Part shown: piece after piece, positions 25,401-32,462 of the stretch
Layout of the letters: each line of letters starts with the position of its first letter
Position numbering within the stretch: position 1 is the stretch's first letter
Assembly (NCBI GenBank): GCA_044892505.1
Contig: CM097882.1
Coordinates: 487,754,001-487,818,000, forward strand
DNA: 64,000 nt
Source: Schmidtea nova
Taxonomy: Eukaryota
Direction: 5' to 3'
Notes under the pieces: generated by a model
The model's database searches: none
What the model was told of the DNA's origin: nothing
Seen by the model: only the letters and a program-made list of their open reading frames with translations
Translations under genes and position numbers: made by a program

Positions 25401-28083
25401 CTTCAAAAACCTTTCTCTCACAGAAATTATTTCCTCTACCAAATCGTTGCACTACTTCAGGAAGCCTATTTTTCAATTCTTTGACTATCTCTTCCACATC
25501 TTCCACCACTTGCAATTCTATCTCAAACATTGGATATATCGTTTTAAGCAGATGCTTTAATATCTGTTTTGTTTCATCTACTTCTTTTTCAACTCTTACC
25601 AAATTTCTCTTTATTTCATACAAAGTTCTAGGTTTACCATTTTTATTGCTAACTTCATTAAGCACATCTGATTTTTGTCTTTCCGCTTCCTGTACCTGAT
25701 CTCTCACTATTGGATTCTTCTGAAAACTGCCATCTATAATAGTCTCATTTTCTTCAGTTTCTTCGATTTCCTCCTCCCCTTCGTCTGACTCTGAATTCTC
25801 TAATTCTTCCATTCTTCCTACTTGTACTTCCTTCACCGCTACTATTCGATTTATTACATATCCATTACTTCCCTCCATACTTAAATATCCCTCTTCATTT
25901 ACTTCTAACGGTAAACACCCGCAATCATATAGATACTCGTCATCATCTAACAGTTCCCCTTTATACCTCAACGTTATGATTCCATCCGTTCCTAACATTT
26001 TTGAAGCTCTTCTACGTACCCTTTTTACCTTTGTGCACCAATGCTCTTCAGTATATTCCGTCTTTCCACGCTCTTCATAATCTATTGCTATAATTAAACG
26101 ATTCTGCTCGACTCTATCTTTTCTAAGCTCTTTACCCATTTTCCTCACTAAGCTTTTAAGCTTTTTACTGTATCTAGTTCTCCCATATAAATATGGTCGT
26201 ATTAAATTCGCGATTTCTACTTTATCTTTAGATTCAAGCTCACATTCCTCGATCATTTTTAATTTGTCATTTATTTCATTTTCATCTCCACTATATAATG
26301 CATCATTTAACTCTCTTATAATTTCTACTGGATCTCTTTTAATTGTCACACAATCTTTTTGTAGCGTAATTATTTGCAACTCGTTTTCATTACCTGGAAT
26401 AAACCCACAATCTATTAAATATTCGTTATCTTCTAATTTTTGATTTTTAAATCTCAACTCTCTCATTAATCCATCTCGTTTGTCTGTTAATTTATTTTTT
26501 AAATCTCTCACACAATCATTGGCTTCACAACGTATACAATTTACACTTTTATCCCTCTCATCAACAACATCAATAAAAATAAAATCTAACCATTCCTTTT
26601 CTCGAAACATTTTCCCAAATCTTTTCATCATATCTTTTATTTCGTCTCTATCCTTTGAATTCACTTCACAATAACTTGCACATACATTAATTACACTTTT
26701 TAATTTCCTCATATTCAATGACATTTTACTCAATTCTTTTAGCGAACTCATTATTTTGGATGAATCTTCTCTTCTCGCTTCTATTAATTTTTCAATTCTT
26801 GTTATAATCATTGTCGATAAGTCAATTCCTAGATCATCTTTGACACATTTTCTTTTCGTTTCAGTTTCCATCATTCCTTCTGAGTCATACATCATATGAT
26901 TATTTACTTCCTCATCGGATTCAAATTTTGACATAAGCCGATCCAAACGTCGACCTATTTCTTTAACTTCGCTTTCAATTCTTTCTTTGAAATCATCTGG
27001 CTGAACAAAAGCTACATTATCATGCATGGATTTATCAGTTTGGAATCTGATTGTTTTCTTTAGAATTGGTCTTTGAAATTTATCATTATTTCTTGGGCAC
27101 GACCTGGCCATATGTCCATAACCTCTGCATGAGTGGCATTGGATTTGTCCTTGCAAATTGACTTTGTCCCTCTGCGGTGATGGTGATGTCGATGGAGATC
27201 TTGACTTGGCATAACAATTTCTCGATACATGTCCTTTCTTTCCGCAATTGAAACAATGCATATTATCATTTACTCGTGGATTACTGTCATTAAACTTGTT
27301 AAACATTTTATCATCATTACCTTTCATCCAATCCGGCCACATTCGCTTTGGACTCCTCTGCATGTTCTCGTTGAACCAACATTGATTACTAGTATGACCC
27401 ATCTTTTGACAATTACTGCATTGAATTGGAGTTGGACTTCTTTGGGATCTATTCTTGAGCCAACATTGATTCACATGATGTCCCATTCTCTGGCAATGGC
27501 TGCATTGTATTGGCATCTCTTTTTCAATAATTGGTATATTAGTTGGGTGACTTGATTGAAATCTAGGTTTGAATTTTGGTGATGGACTACTAGGTAGCTG
27601 AACTCTGTTAGTTCTGATAGGAGTTACTGATCTTTCTCGTTTCGGTTCCATAACGGCGAAAGATTCTGAATTTGACTGAGTGCTTTTCAGATTAATCTCG
27701 ATCTTCATAGCCTTTTTGATCAATTCATCAAAGTTGTTAAAATCGACATAACATAGAGCCTTATTGATTTCCCTTTTTACTCCGGATAAGAATTGATCTT
27801 GTAGCAACTCCTTAATTTGTTTTGCTACTTCGGGTTGATCTGTATCGAATGCCTTCTCTGCAAGGGTAGTTAAATGGTAAGCAAACTCACTTACGGATTC
27901 ATCTTGTTTTTGCGTCCGGGTATAGAACTTTTGGCGCATAATCCTTTTGATATCACCTCCGATCAATTTAGTCGCTAATGAGTCTTTCATTCTCATCCAG
28001 TCATTTCCGATTGTCCTTTTGTCAATTTGTTGCCATGCTTCTCTGGCTGCTCCTTTTAAATACAAGGGCAATCTTTGTACCAT
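18187..28083 (-). CDS. gag-pol: Gag-Ubl-Ubl-Bcl2-Env-PR-RT-RH-IN-TM polyprotein (3298 aa open; extends in frame to ATG 28266 across one TGA at 28099-28101)
   Basis: One continuous frame; see the domain entries. The upstream in-frame segment reads MSNSNS...QYGGDPVEFVDFMADYYMYANAY*WSQATMVQRLPLYLKGAA, a typical Gag N-terminus. Confidence 0.95.
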   Translation of the reverse strand: MVQRLPLYLKGAAREAWQQIDKRTIGNDWMRMKDSLATKLIGGDIKRIMRQKFYTRTQKQDESVSEFAYHLTTLAEKAFDTDQPEVAKQIKELLQDQFLSGVKREINKALCYVDFNNFDELIKKAMKIEINLKSTQSNSESFAVMEPKRERSVTPIRTNRVQLPSSPSPKFKPRFQSSHPTNIPIIEKEMPIQCSHCQRMGHHVNQCWLKNRSQRSPTPIQCSNCQKMGHTSNQCWFNENMQRSPKRMWPDWMKGNDDKMFNKFNDSNPRVNDNMHCFNCGKKGHVSRNCYAKSRSPSTSPSPQRDKVNLQGQIQCHSCRGYGHMARSCPRNNDKFQRPILKKTIRFQTDKSMHDNVAFVQPDDFKERIESEVKEIGRRLDRLMSKFESDEEVNNHMMYDSEGMMETETKRKCVKDDLGIDLSTMIITRIEKLIEARREDSSKIMSSLKELSKMSLNMRKLKSVINVCASYCEVNSKDRDEIKDMMKRFGKMFREKEWLDFIFIDVVDERDKSVNCIRCEANDCVRDLKNKLTDKRDGLMRELRFKNQKLEDNEYLIDCGFIPGNENELQIITLQKDCVTIKRDPVEIIRELNDALYSGDENEINDKLKMIEECELESKDKVEIANLIRPYLYGRTRYSKKLKSLVRKMGKELRKDRVEQNRLIIAIDYEERGKTEYTEEHWCTKVKRVRRRASKMLGTDGIITLRYKGELLDDDEYLYDCGCLPLEVNEEGYLSMEGSNGYVINRIVAVKEVQVGRMEELENSESDEGEEEIEETEENETIIDGSFQKNPIVRDQVQEAERQKSDVLNEVSNKNGKPRTLYEIKRNLVRVEKEVDETKQILKHLLKTIYPMFEIELQVVEDVEEIVKELKNRLPEVVQRFGRGNNFCERKVFEELIQKEVNREVVLTSLTYAILEIGTYAFVKSKELDDLIDTAARMLNEYLINWVKEKGGWKTLCPPLDTKENEEGARQLCEKVRLKTKRIGIFPWLMFTMIILCTVITQTTSLVAYDCSQTEMGKIYSVVDMSECPGAYPSKLKVENDAKYHVYQESDLRRTKVRECSVKHTTFVFYCGKWSHSSLIKVNAIPRPVEIFPENCLTAFQTGELKISSEIRLKAKLNHRIRETVVVKGIMKANGDCEGEPYKMNGKMVDKTVVFEEYVTELREFEGAFDDDTGKLQTHPFCNMKQTNCQTGESILVYNVKVNECNLAFLKTMNFKEIIGEQFQERPDSFSMNYKSKEAIKSTPIMTRKMSAVLMSTSPTDSMRFIKKEVTNKCGRILYTTNYKGVYVSKGIVEDAKTKIHVNDIKLTHYFNNKIDYLFHFSQDIMENVYREMILNDCKLNKEILRNRMAMAVTNPNLVAPMLISENGVFARIFGEALYSYKCKEIAVKIAKYEKCTNELPVSVGGKLRFMEPITRILLEEQTKPKILQCNRLLAPLYRLTPDSWIALPDYRGVKTPDKLELTNLEYLVNFTSLNKMAQTGLYASEDIEEAQRNLLFPSKKERVISEMVDTILPNGEGKVNYEYLLTPDHFKRATYKTMEKIWGKFMFLGQACAGLIGIYVIAVTMKVIVSQVLSAHRIYAISGWSWKIIIGCIPFLARFFITNHQYKEMANVRAQLRKDQKSEESLCQSEEINSQNNNNEGGNTESKYYRKGILKNKTEPETRFLLEPMPKLSGIDTLTRWYTPTFVPTAPVYPGEKLKEMKPLDDIQSGTEKIEPTSAEIERKNMLGLPCSYALMTMVTGGKQPRIDVLFNDRKVQALLDSGSSHTIVSEELLMYQEIKEMKPTNKRIKSMSHNLLNIIGKVQAKLKIGDQEISHWVVVMRKSPVKCLIGMDVMEQLKGISLDLNTGKLVKGQTGEVIEEIGEVFLNQMVEVPSKSEIIYYADVTNAPDEECIFEPNHKLIEKYDLPMCDELVRVKNKLVPVRIANCGTKSIQMQPKTKLGKLKKIEAEEVQKLPRNIKIYKQPQVTSKDLTDEQREEFTALLTKYKSVFARHEYDLGLTQIIEHEIPLLDETPIKLRPYRIPYVYQEESDRQIKAMKEFNIIRDSSSPFSSSIVVVKKKDGDLRFCVDYRKLNQVTRKDTYPIPVPQEMFDQMGEVQFFTVIDLNKGYNQFKVKEDDKRKTAFSDGKGLYEFNVLPFGLTGAPATFQRGMNFVLRDIPHALVYIDDIIIFSGSFQEHLKDVETVFKRLLKANLKIKPSKCEWGKSEVVYVGHIISRRGLQPNPENVEKIKNYPIPKDVDQVRQFLGLAGYYRKFIKNFSHVAQPLNILLKKQTKFKWMTAQQNAFDILKESLLKQPILRCPDFKRQFILMTDASNFALGAVLGQQVEGEKDHVIAYASRTLKPHEKNYSTIEKETLALVYGITTFRQHLIGRKFIVFTDHNPLQWLMKHRDSASKLIRWSIALQEYDFEIKYRSGKSNANADALSRINDENNDGRNEINYENTIFMAIKTVNNLKELQNDQENDIELNQLRQHAVTIKKESDWKHVVEEKHKYIVHDGLLKCVKNENLLIIVPTKHRRSLLLLYHDGALGGHLSARKTLSRLKQKYYWDTMEQDVKQWCHTCEICLTRRNTGKKIKVPLKPMPVPQAPMEMTAMDIVGPLPETTNGNKYIIVFCDYLTKWPEAYPMPNQKAETVAKIFVENIIFRYGAPKKLLTDQGTNFQSDLFKSITELFGIMKISTSPYHPQTDGLVERFNGTLINMISSYVNRKQKDWDWYIKPCLFAYRNAVNESTDETPFYLMYLRCNNMPIDLKFQSPISQYMDVSDYKVIMQERLQSVWVQAGLKIKHHQEAYKECYDKRAHAHDIKIGDLVYVNKPEPTKGLSVKLQRPFKGPYVVGDATETNLKLRPQNNKKAGTIVVHVNRCKKVPVEEFKQYPLRSKRNENEVIKRKYNKNPAPSSYINKILLISTVMMLNVLCTNAVRFLPSVATKRIPLLERINTFATCTQIVWIYSCEKDEEVEINNLLNYFEPPVKLKYNNNYHVARHLTMNYKYPWLVAQLDPKKNTTEIRNIIRLEIWTKRWKNFVSIEPSINSINVYWEPQESQQVKTIFQNYAIDTLNSRKPFVNYINLKLFQTYNIVIHYYEKTLYENGTDTENQWVKVHTSQQTITLINETNRVQFHIYHQAIKVTRQTEPNQKAVIYCYGKMQAILDSKGQSQTIIFQQSQSNPMSKLVLVKIKYYRRTLYSNLWQITFVENKLIQVSYDEAYPNDSHQYQTTTFLNNIPINKSIVNNQTKLFLKTNNEKMCITLIIIIISFAVILTVIMAIVLCIFEKSFQSPANQSEPSRPWFVYDETFV
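19480..20510 (-). other. Integrase domain
   Basis: HHCC (YHDGALGGH...CHTCEIC), DIVGP, DQGTNF, PQTDGLVERFNGTL and GPY/F (PFKGPY). Confidence 0.97.
20790..21170 (-). other. RNase H domain
   Basis: FILMTDASNFALGAVL, YSTIEKETLA and FTDHNPL. Confidence 0.97.
21400..22050 (-). other. Reverse transcriptase domain (Ty3/Gypsy)
   Basis: LRFCVDYRKLN, IDLNKGYNQ, LPFGLTGAPATFQR and YIDD at 21577-21588. Confidence 0.98.
22560..22850 (-). other. Aspartic protease domain
   Basis: ALLDSGSSHT (DSG at 22792-22800) and CLIGMD. Confidence 0.95.
23280..25068 (-). other. env: Envelope glycoprotein, chuvirus-G / herpes gB-like (class III type)
   Basis: LVAYDC start, CEGEPY, CGRILYTT, YFNNKIDY, NDC...TNP...ARIFGEALYSYKC...CTNELPV...FMEPITRIL...C, then TM WGKFMFLGQACAGLIGIYVIAV and SGWSW. 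This motif series matches what I recall of chuvirus glycoproteins. Confidence 0.8.
25213..25580 (-). other. Bcl-2-family-like domain
   Basis: Clear BH2 (LINWVKEKGGWKTL). Degenerate BH1 (EVNREVVLTSLTYA in place of NWGR). A hydrophobic tail follows about 25 aa later. Confidence 0.72.
25900..26098 (-). other. Ubiquitin-like domain 2
   Basis: TKVKRVRRRASKMLG...ITLRYKGELLDDDEYLYDCG parallels ubiquitin DTIENVKAKIQ...RLIFAGKQLEDGRTLSDYN. Confidence 0.65.
26368..26583 (-). other. Ubiquitin-like domain 1
   Basis: IFIDV...NDCVRDLKNKL...RELRFKNQKLEDNEYLIDCGF...ELQII. Confidence 0.65.
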
Positions 28084-28266
28084 CGTGGCTTGGCTCCATC
28101 AATACGCATTGGCATACATGTAATAGTCTGCCATGAAATCGACAAATTCAACTGGATCTCCTCCATATTGGTTAACTGGTAGCTTTTGACAACTAGCGAA
28201 ATCATTGCCATTTCCTGCATGACTTGTCGACATCGGCGCTTCATCATTACTATTTGAATTGCTCAT
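27097..28266 (-). other. gag: Gag: capsid region plus four CCHC zinc knuckles
   Basis: RTQKQDESVSEF, QFLSG, CSHCQRMGHHVNQC, CSNCQKMGHTSNQC, CFNCGKKGHVSRNC and CHSCRGYGHMARSC. Confidence 0.95.
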
Positions 28267-28621
28267 ATTATTCTGATATTTCGTTTGACTTCTTAATTGA
28301 TAAAATGGTCGAGTTGGTAACGTTTTCTCTCGTCTAAATTTTAAAATATCAATTATTAAATTTACCCTTTATTCGTCTTTATTTTCTCAAACTTCAATTT
28401 TCACTTTTTCACGATTCAACTTTTATTCACACAAAAATTTCCAATTTAATTTATTTTCACAATTCTTTTTCAACTTTTCCAATATTTTCAATTTATTTTC
28501 AATGCTTTCAGTTTCAAATTTTCTCTCAATATCTGCTCTATTCACTAACGATATCACCGCTTTTCACACGTTTTATTGTAATTTATTCGATTAATTCTCC
28601 ACTAATTCTTCACCGACTTTG

Positions 28622-28639
28622 ATCACGTCGGGCTCACCA
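28622..28639 (-). promoter_or_regulatory. Primer-binding site, tRNA-Trp type
   Basis: TGGTGAGCCCGACGTGAT, 3 nt after the LTR; one mismatch to the ASLV tRNA-Trp PBS TGGTGACCCCGACGTGAT. Confidence 0.85.
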
Positions 28640-28642
28640 AAA

Positions 28643-29511
28643 TGTTGGGTATTTGTTTAAAGTCGGTTCTAATTTCTGACTCCTGGTGTTCTTTTAACAA
28701 ATAACTGACCCAACACAATAACTTTTATTTCAATATCACAATTTATCACAACGATTGCACAATATAAGAACTGTCTTTTACACTTAACTTGAACTGCTTT
28801 CAAGTCACTTGCTGCGAGGGATAAGTCTCCCGAAGGAAGATCTCCCTTTCTGGTGCGCAAACAAATGAATTACGTTTTACTCTACGACACTACCTTTTCT
28901 GACTCTTCTTCTGATTTCAATCTGTTTGCTGAAATTTTATCTCTTCGACCAACTGGCGACACATTGCAATTTGCTTCTGTTTTTATATTGCTCCCTCCTT
29001 AATGCTTGCTTGTTCTGCCTCCCAATTTGACATTTGAATCCGCGATTCAAATTAAACTGTCATATTGTAATTTAGTAGCTCTCGCCGTTTCCATATCCTT
29101 CAAATTAACTGTCATAGTGTAATTTAGTAGCTCTCGCCGTTTCCACATCCTTGGAGCAAATTGAACTGTCACTTTGCTTGCGCGGGTTTCTCTCATCTCT
29201 CGGGCTCTCCATTGGCTCGGGCTTCCCATTGTCTCGGGCTTTCCATTAGCCAATTAATTCTTAATTAATATTTTAATTTTTTAATTATTTCTTTCTGGGG
29301 ACCCCCCCATCGATTTTATTTTTTATTTATTTGAATTCGTCTCATAATTTGGCACATCCCCATACCAATTTCCCCCATGATATATTGATTTTAAATTTTA
29401 TTAATTTTTTAATTAATGTTTTAATATTTTAATTAATTTGGTGATTTTTGCAATTTTACTAATTTTATTTAATTACTTTTAAATTTTGAGTCACTTTGAC
29501 AAACCCCAACA
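28643..29511 (-). repeat. 5' LTR of element 1 (869 bp)
   Basis: Matches 13680-14547. Confidence 0.97.
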
Positions 29512-29894
29512 GACTTGTTGATTGCGATTATGGACACGGATTGCCAAATCACTTTAATTTCCCTCTTGTCAGCAAAACACAACATTCAAACGCAACGTGA
29601 AATTAACGAATGATTTTTGTAGTTTATTTATGCTTTGCGTCGTCGTAGAAAAGTATAACAATAGATAGTTGGCTGACCCTTTCCCAAAAAAAAGTACCTG
29701 AACGAACCTTTCTGCGGAACCGAAGGCATATTTTGTGTTTCTTAGAAACGGAACCGAAGGCATATAAGTGTTTCTTAGAAACGGCACTTTTGTTGACGCC
29801 GTTTTTATTTTGAATGTAATCCTCGAGTTGAGTGCGTAATTTATAACTGTTTGAATAAAAACTGAATATTTTTTATATTTAATTAAATAATTGG

Positions 29895-29996
29895 AAAAAC
29901 CGGTTAACAGTGTAAAATAACCCGGTTTACAGTTTTTTTAAAAACCTCCGATTAACCGGTTAACCGGTTTCGGTTTTAACCGGTTTAGATGCTCTA
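29895..29996 (-). mobile_element. Possible hAT-type transposon end with AACCGGTT subterminal repeats
   Basis: Minus strand TAGAGCATCTAAACCGGTTAAAACCGAAACCGGTTAACCGGTTAA. No partner end found. Confidence 0.35.
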
Positions 29997-32220
29997 ATTT
30001 AAAACTAAATATTTTTAAAATGTAGCAGGTGATGATCATAATCAATTTTACTTTTTTTCCAAAACAAAAAAATAGTAAAAACTGTTTTGTAATTCAAGTA
30101 AGATATCGATTGTTGAAATCGTCCTCAGATATTTATAAATGCGAAATCTGAACCAAATTGTCTCAACAGCACCGACTAGGTGAAAACGTAAACAGAAAAT
30201 AGAGAGATACCCTTGATTTTATCGCTATAGTATCAAACCAGAAATTGGTTGATACTTTATCCTAAATTTACCCTTCTGGAAATTTAAGACAGAAATAGTA
30301 AAATAGTATTTAAAAAATATAATACTAATACTATGGAATAATTAATTAAATAAATACCAATGTCTCCTCCTGATCAATGTTTCGATATGGTTTTCCTCTA
30401 CTATTTCATTTCTCGCTTGTAATAATTTTGTCTGGCCTTACTGATTTACAGTTATTTATAGTTATTATAATGCACGCGGTGCCACGCTACTTTTATGGTA
30501 CCACTATATTTTTTCTTTGAATTTGTGGTGGTGGGCGTCCAACCAATTCAACACTATATTTTCTATATTTAGTAATTAAATATTACTATTTTCTATTATA
30601 TATAATTTATTAGCAAAAAATATCTATTATTCATTACTATTATTATTATAAAATAGATATTTATAGCAATTATTTATTATATGTTAATTATTAGTAATTA
30701 TTATTATTATCTATTTAAACAAAATCTTTCAACCTCGAACCCTATCAAATGTGTCAGTCTCGAATTTATTTCTAGTGATGCTTTATAAAAATAAAAAAAA
30801 GTATTTTTTATACTAATTGATTGATAATTTAATTACAATTTACATTTTATAAAAATGTACAATGGAAATAAATGAGTATATATTACTAATATATTAACAC
30901 TTAAAAGATCAACTTGCCGTACCATGCAAAAAATGCACTCCTTATCCATCGAAACACAGGATAATTTGTGCTAGTCAACAGTTTTCAACAGATACATTTA
31001 TAGTAATCGTTCTTTAAGATTACTAGCTCAATTGTTTATTACAAGTTTATCAAATAAACAATAAACTAAAATTTTTTCCAATTAAGTTAGTTTATAGATC
31101 TAGTATAAACAGAGCTGATGAGCGAATAGATTTGGATATTTCATATATATTGTAATTAATAAAAAATTACGTGAATTAACAATTTTAAAAATTTATTTAT
31201 TTTCATTTTTAATTTTATAATTACAATTCATTTAAAGCTCTAAAAATAAAAATAATAATGCAAATTATTGTATTGAAAGGGGTTGTTTTTTAATTAAAAA
31301 TTTCAGTAAATTCATACAGTTACTACTCTTTACAAAATATGTGTATATATGTAAATATTCAAAATGAACTTTTGAATTAATAAAAATAATTTAAATAATC
31401 AATAAAAATATTTATAAGACAGGGTATTGATGAGTAAAATAAGTTATTATTATTATGTTCATTAAGATCAAAGATAGGCCCAGTATTTAAGTCGTCCAAG
31501 GCCTCATGGTTTCACAGCGTCCGGTCTGGCAGTAGATTCATCAGTAGCTTCGATGATGCGCATTTTTCCCGCACTGGTGAGTTAGATCTCCACCCGAATT
31601 CAAGGGCATCGGTTGTCTGATATCAGCCTGTCTGATGTGAATCAAGTATATTAGACTATTCAGTTTTTGGTCTTTGTTTGGGATGATTGTATGGCATTGA
31701 GTAATTGTATATGTTGATATTAAATTTTTCCAGTTTTTGAGGTTTGGTCGATGTCTTCTCGTTCCATGTATTGGGACGTCCCACAATTGGCAGTCATATA
31801 GACGGACCATAACAAAATTGAATTATATGGTAACAAAATAATTATTGTTTAACCAGTAATTACACGTCACAAGCAACGTTGGTAATATAACTATTCGGCG
31901 AAATATTCACAAGTGAGCACTGTTACCAGAACTATAATCGATCGAGTAATTTCTATGGGTTAAAAAGCTATCGATAGAAGATATGTGCTTATTTGTTATT
32001 GTAGTGTAAAGAAATGTCTAATAATTGTTGTTTTTTAATATTTTGTATGCTTCGGGGTATAAGGAAGCCCCCCTTTTTGTTAATTTTCATATTTTTATTA
32101 TTATTAAGTTAAAATTATTAAAATTCAAATTCATAATTTGAATTTCAGACTTACTATAGTAAGTCCAATGACAAATTAAAAATATTGATCAGAAAATAGG
32201 AAAATAATTGAAAAAGAATG

Positions 32221-32462
32221 AATATTATCCAAAATGAATATTATCAAAAATTAACCCTCAAAGAATCAACCATCAGAGACAAATAATATTGATTATACCA
32301 AATAAAAGGCGAAGCTATTAATCCCTATCAAATCAAGATATTCCAAAATATTATTATCCAAATTAATATTATCAAAAATTAACCCTCCAAGAATTAACCA
32401 TCAGAGACAAACAATATTGATTATACCGAATAAAAGGCGAAGCTGTTAATCCCTATCAAATC
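32221..32462. repeat. Imperfect direct duplication of a ~110-bp unit (period ~130 bp)
   Basis: aatattatcaaaaattaaccctc...aggcgaagct.ttaatccctatcaaatc occurs twice. Confidence 0.85.

Larger units (their letters stand above)
13680..29511 (-). mobile_element. Full-length Ty3/Gypsy LTR retrotransposon with env and accessory domains (element 1)
   Basis: Paired LTRs, 4-bp TSD GACT (13676-13679 and 29512-29515), PBS, PPT, PR-RT-RH-IN order and Gypsy-type RT motifs. Confidence 0.97.

Noticed and set aside
16504-27555. Short plus-strand and alternate-frame ORFs overlapping the polyprotein and exonuclease
   Set aside because: Shadow ORFs of long coding frames, with no motifs of their own.
28056-28247. 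63-aa ORF upstream of gag as a separate gene or frameshift partner
   Set aside because: The true Gag N-terminus is in the polyprotein frame across one TGA; this ORF is an alternate-frame shadow.
31541-31810. GC-richer 89-aa ORF starting MVRLYDC
   Set aside because: Only a 3-residue resemblance to the env start; no other motif.
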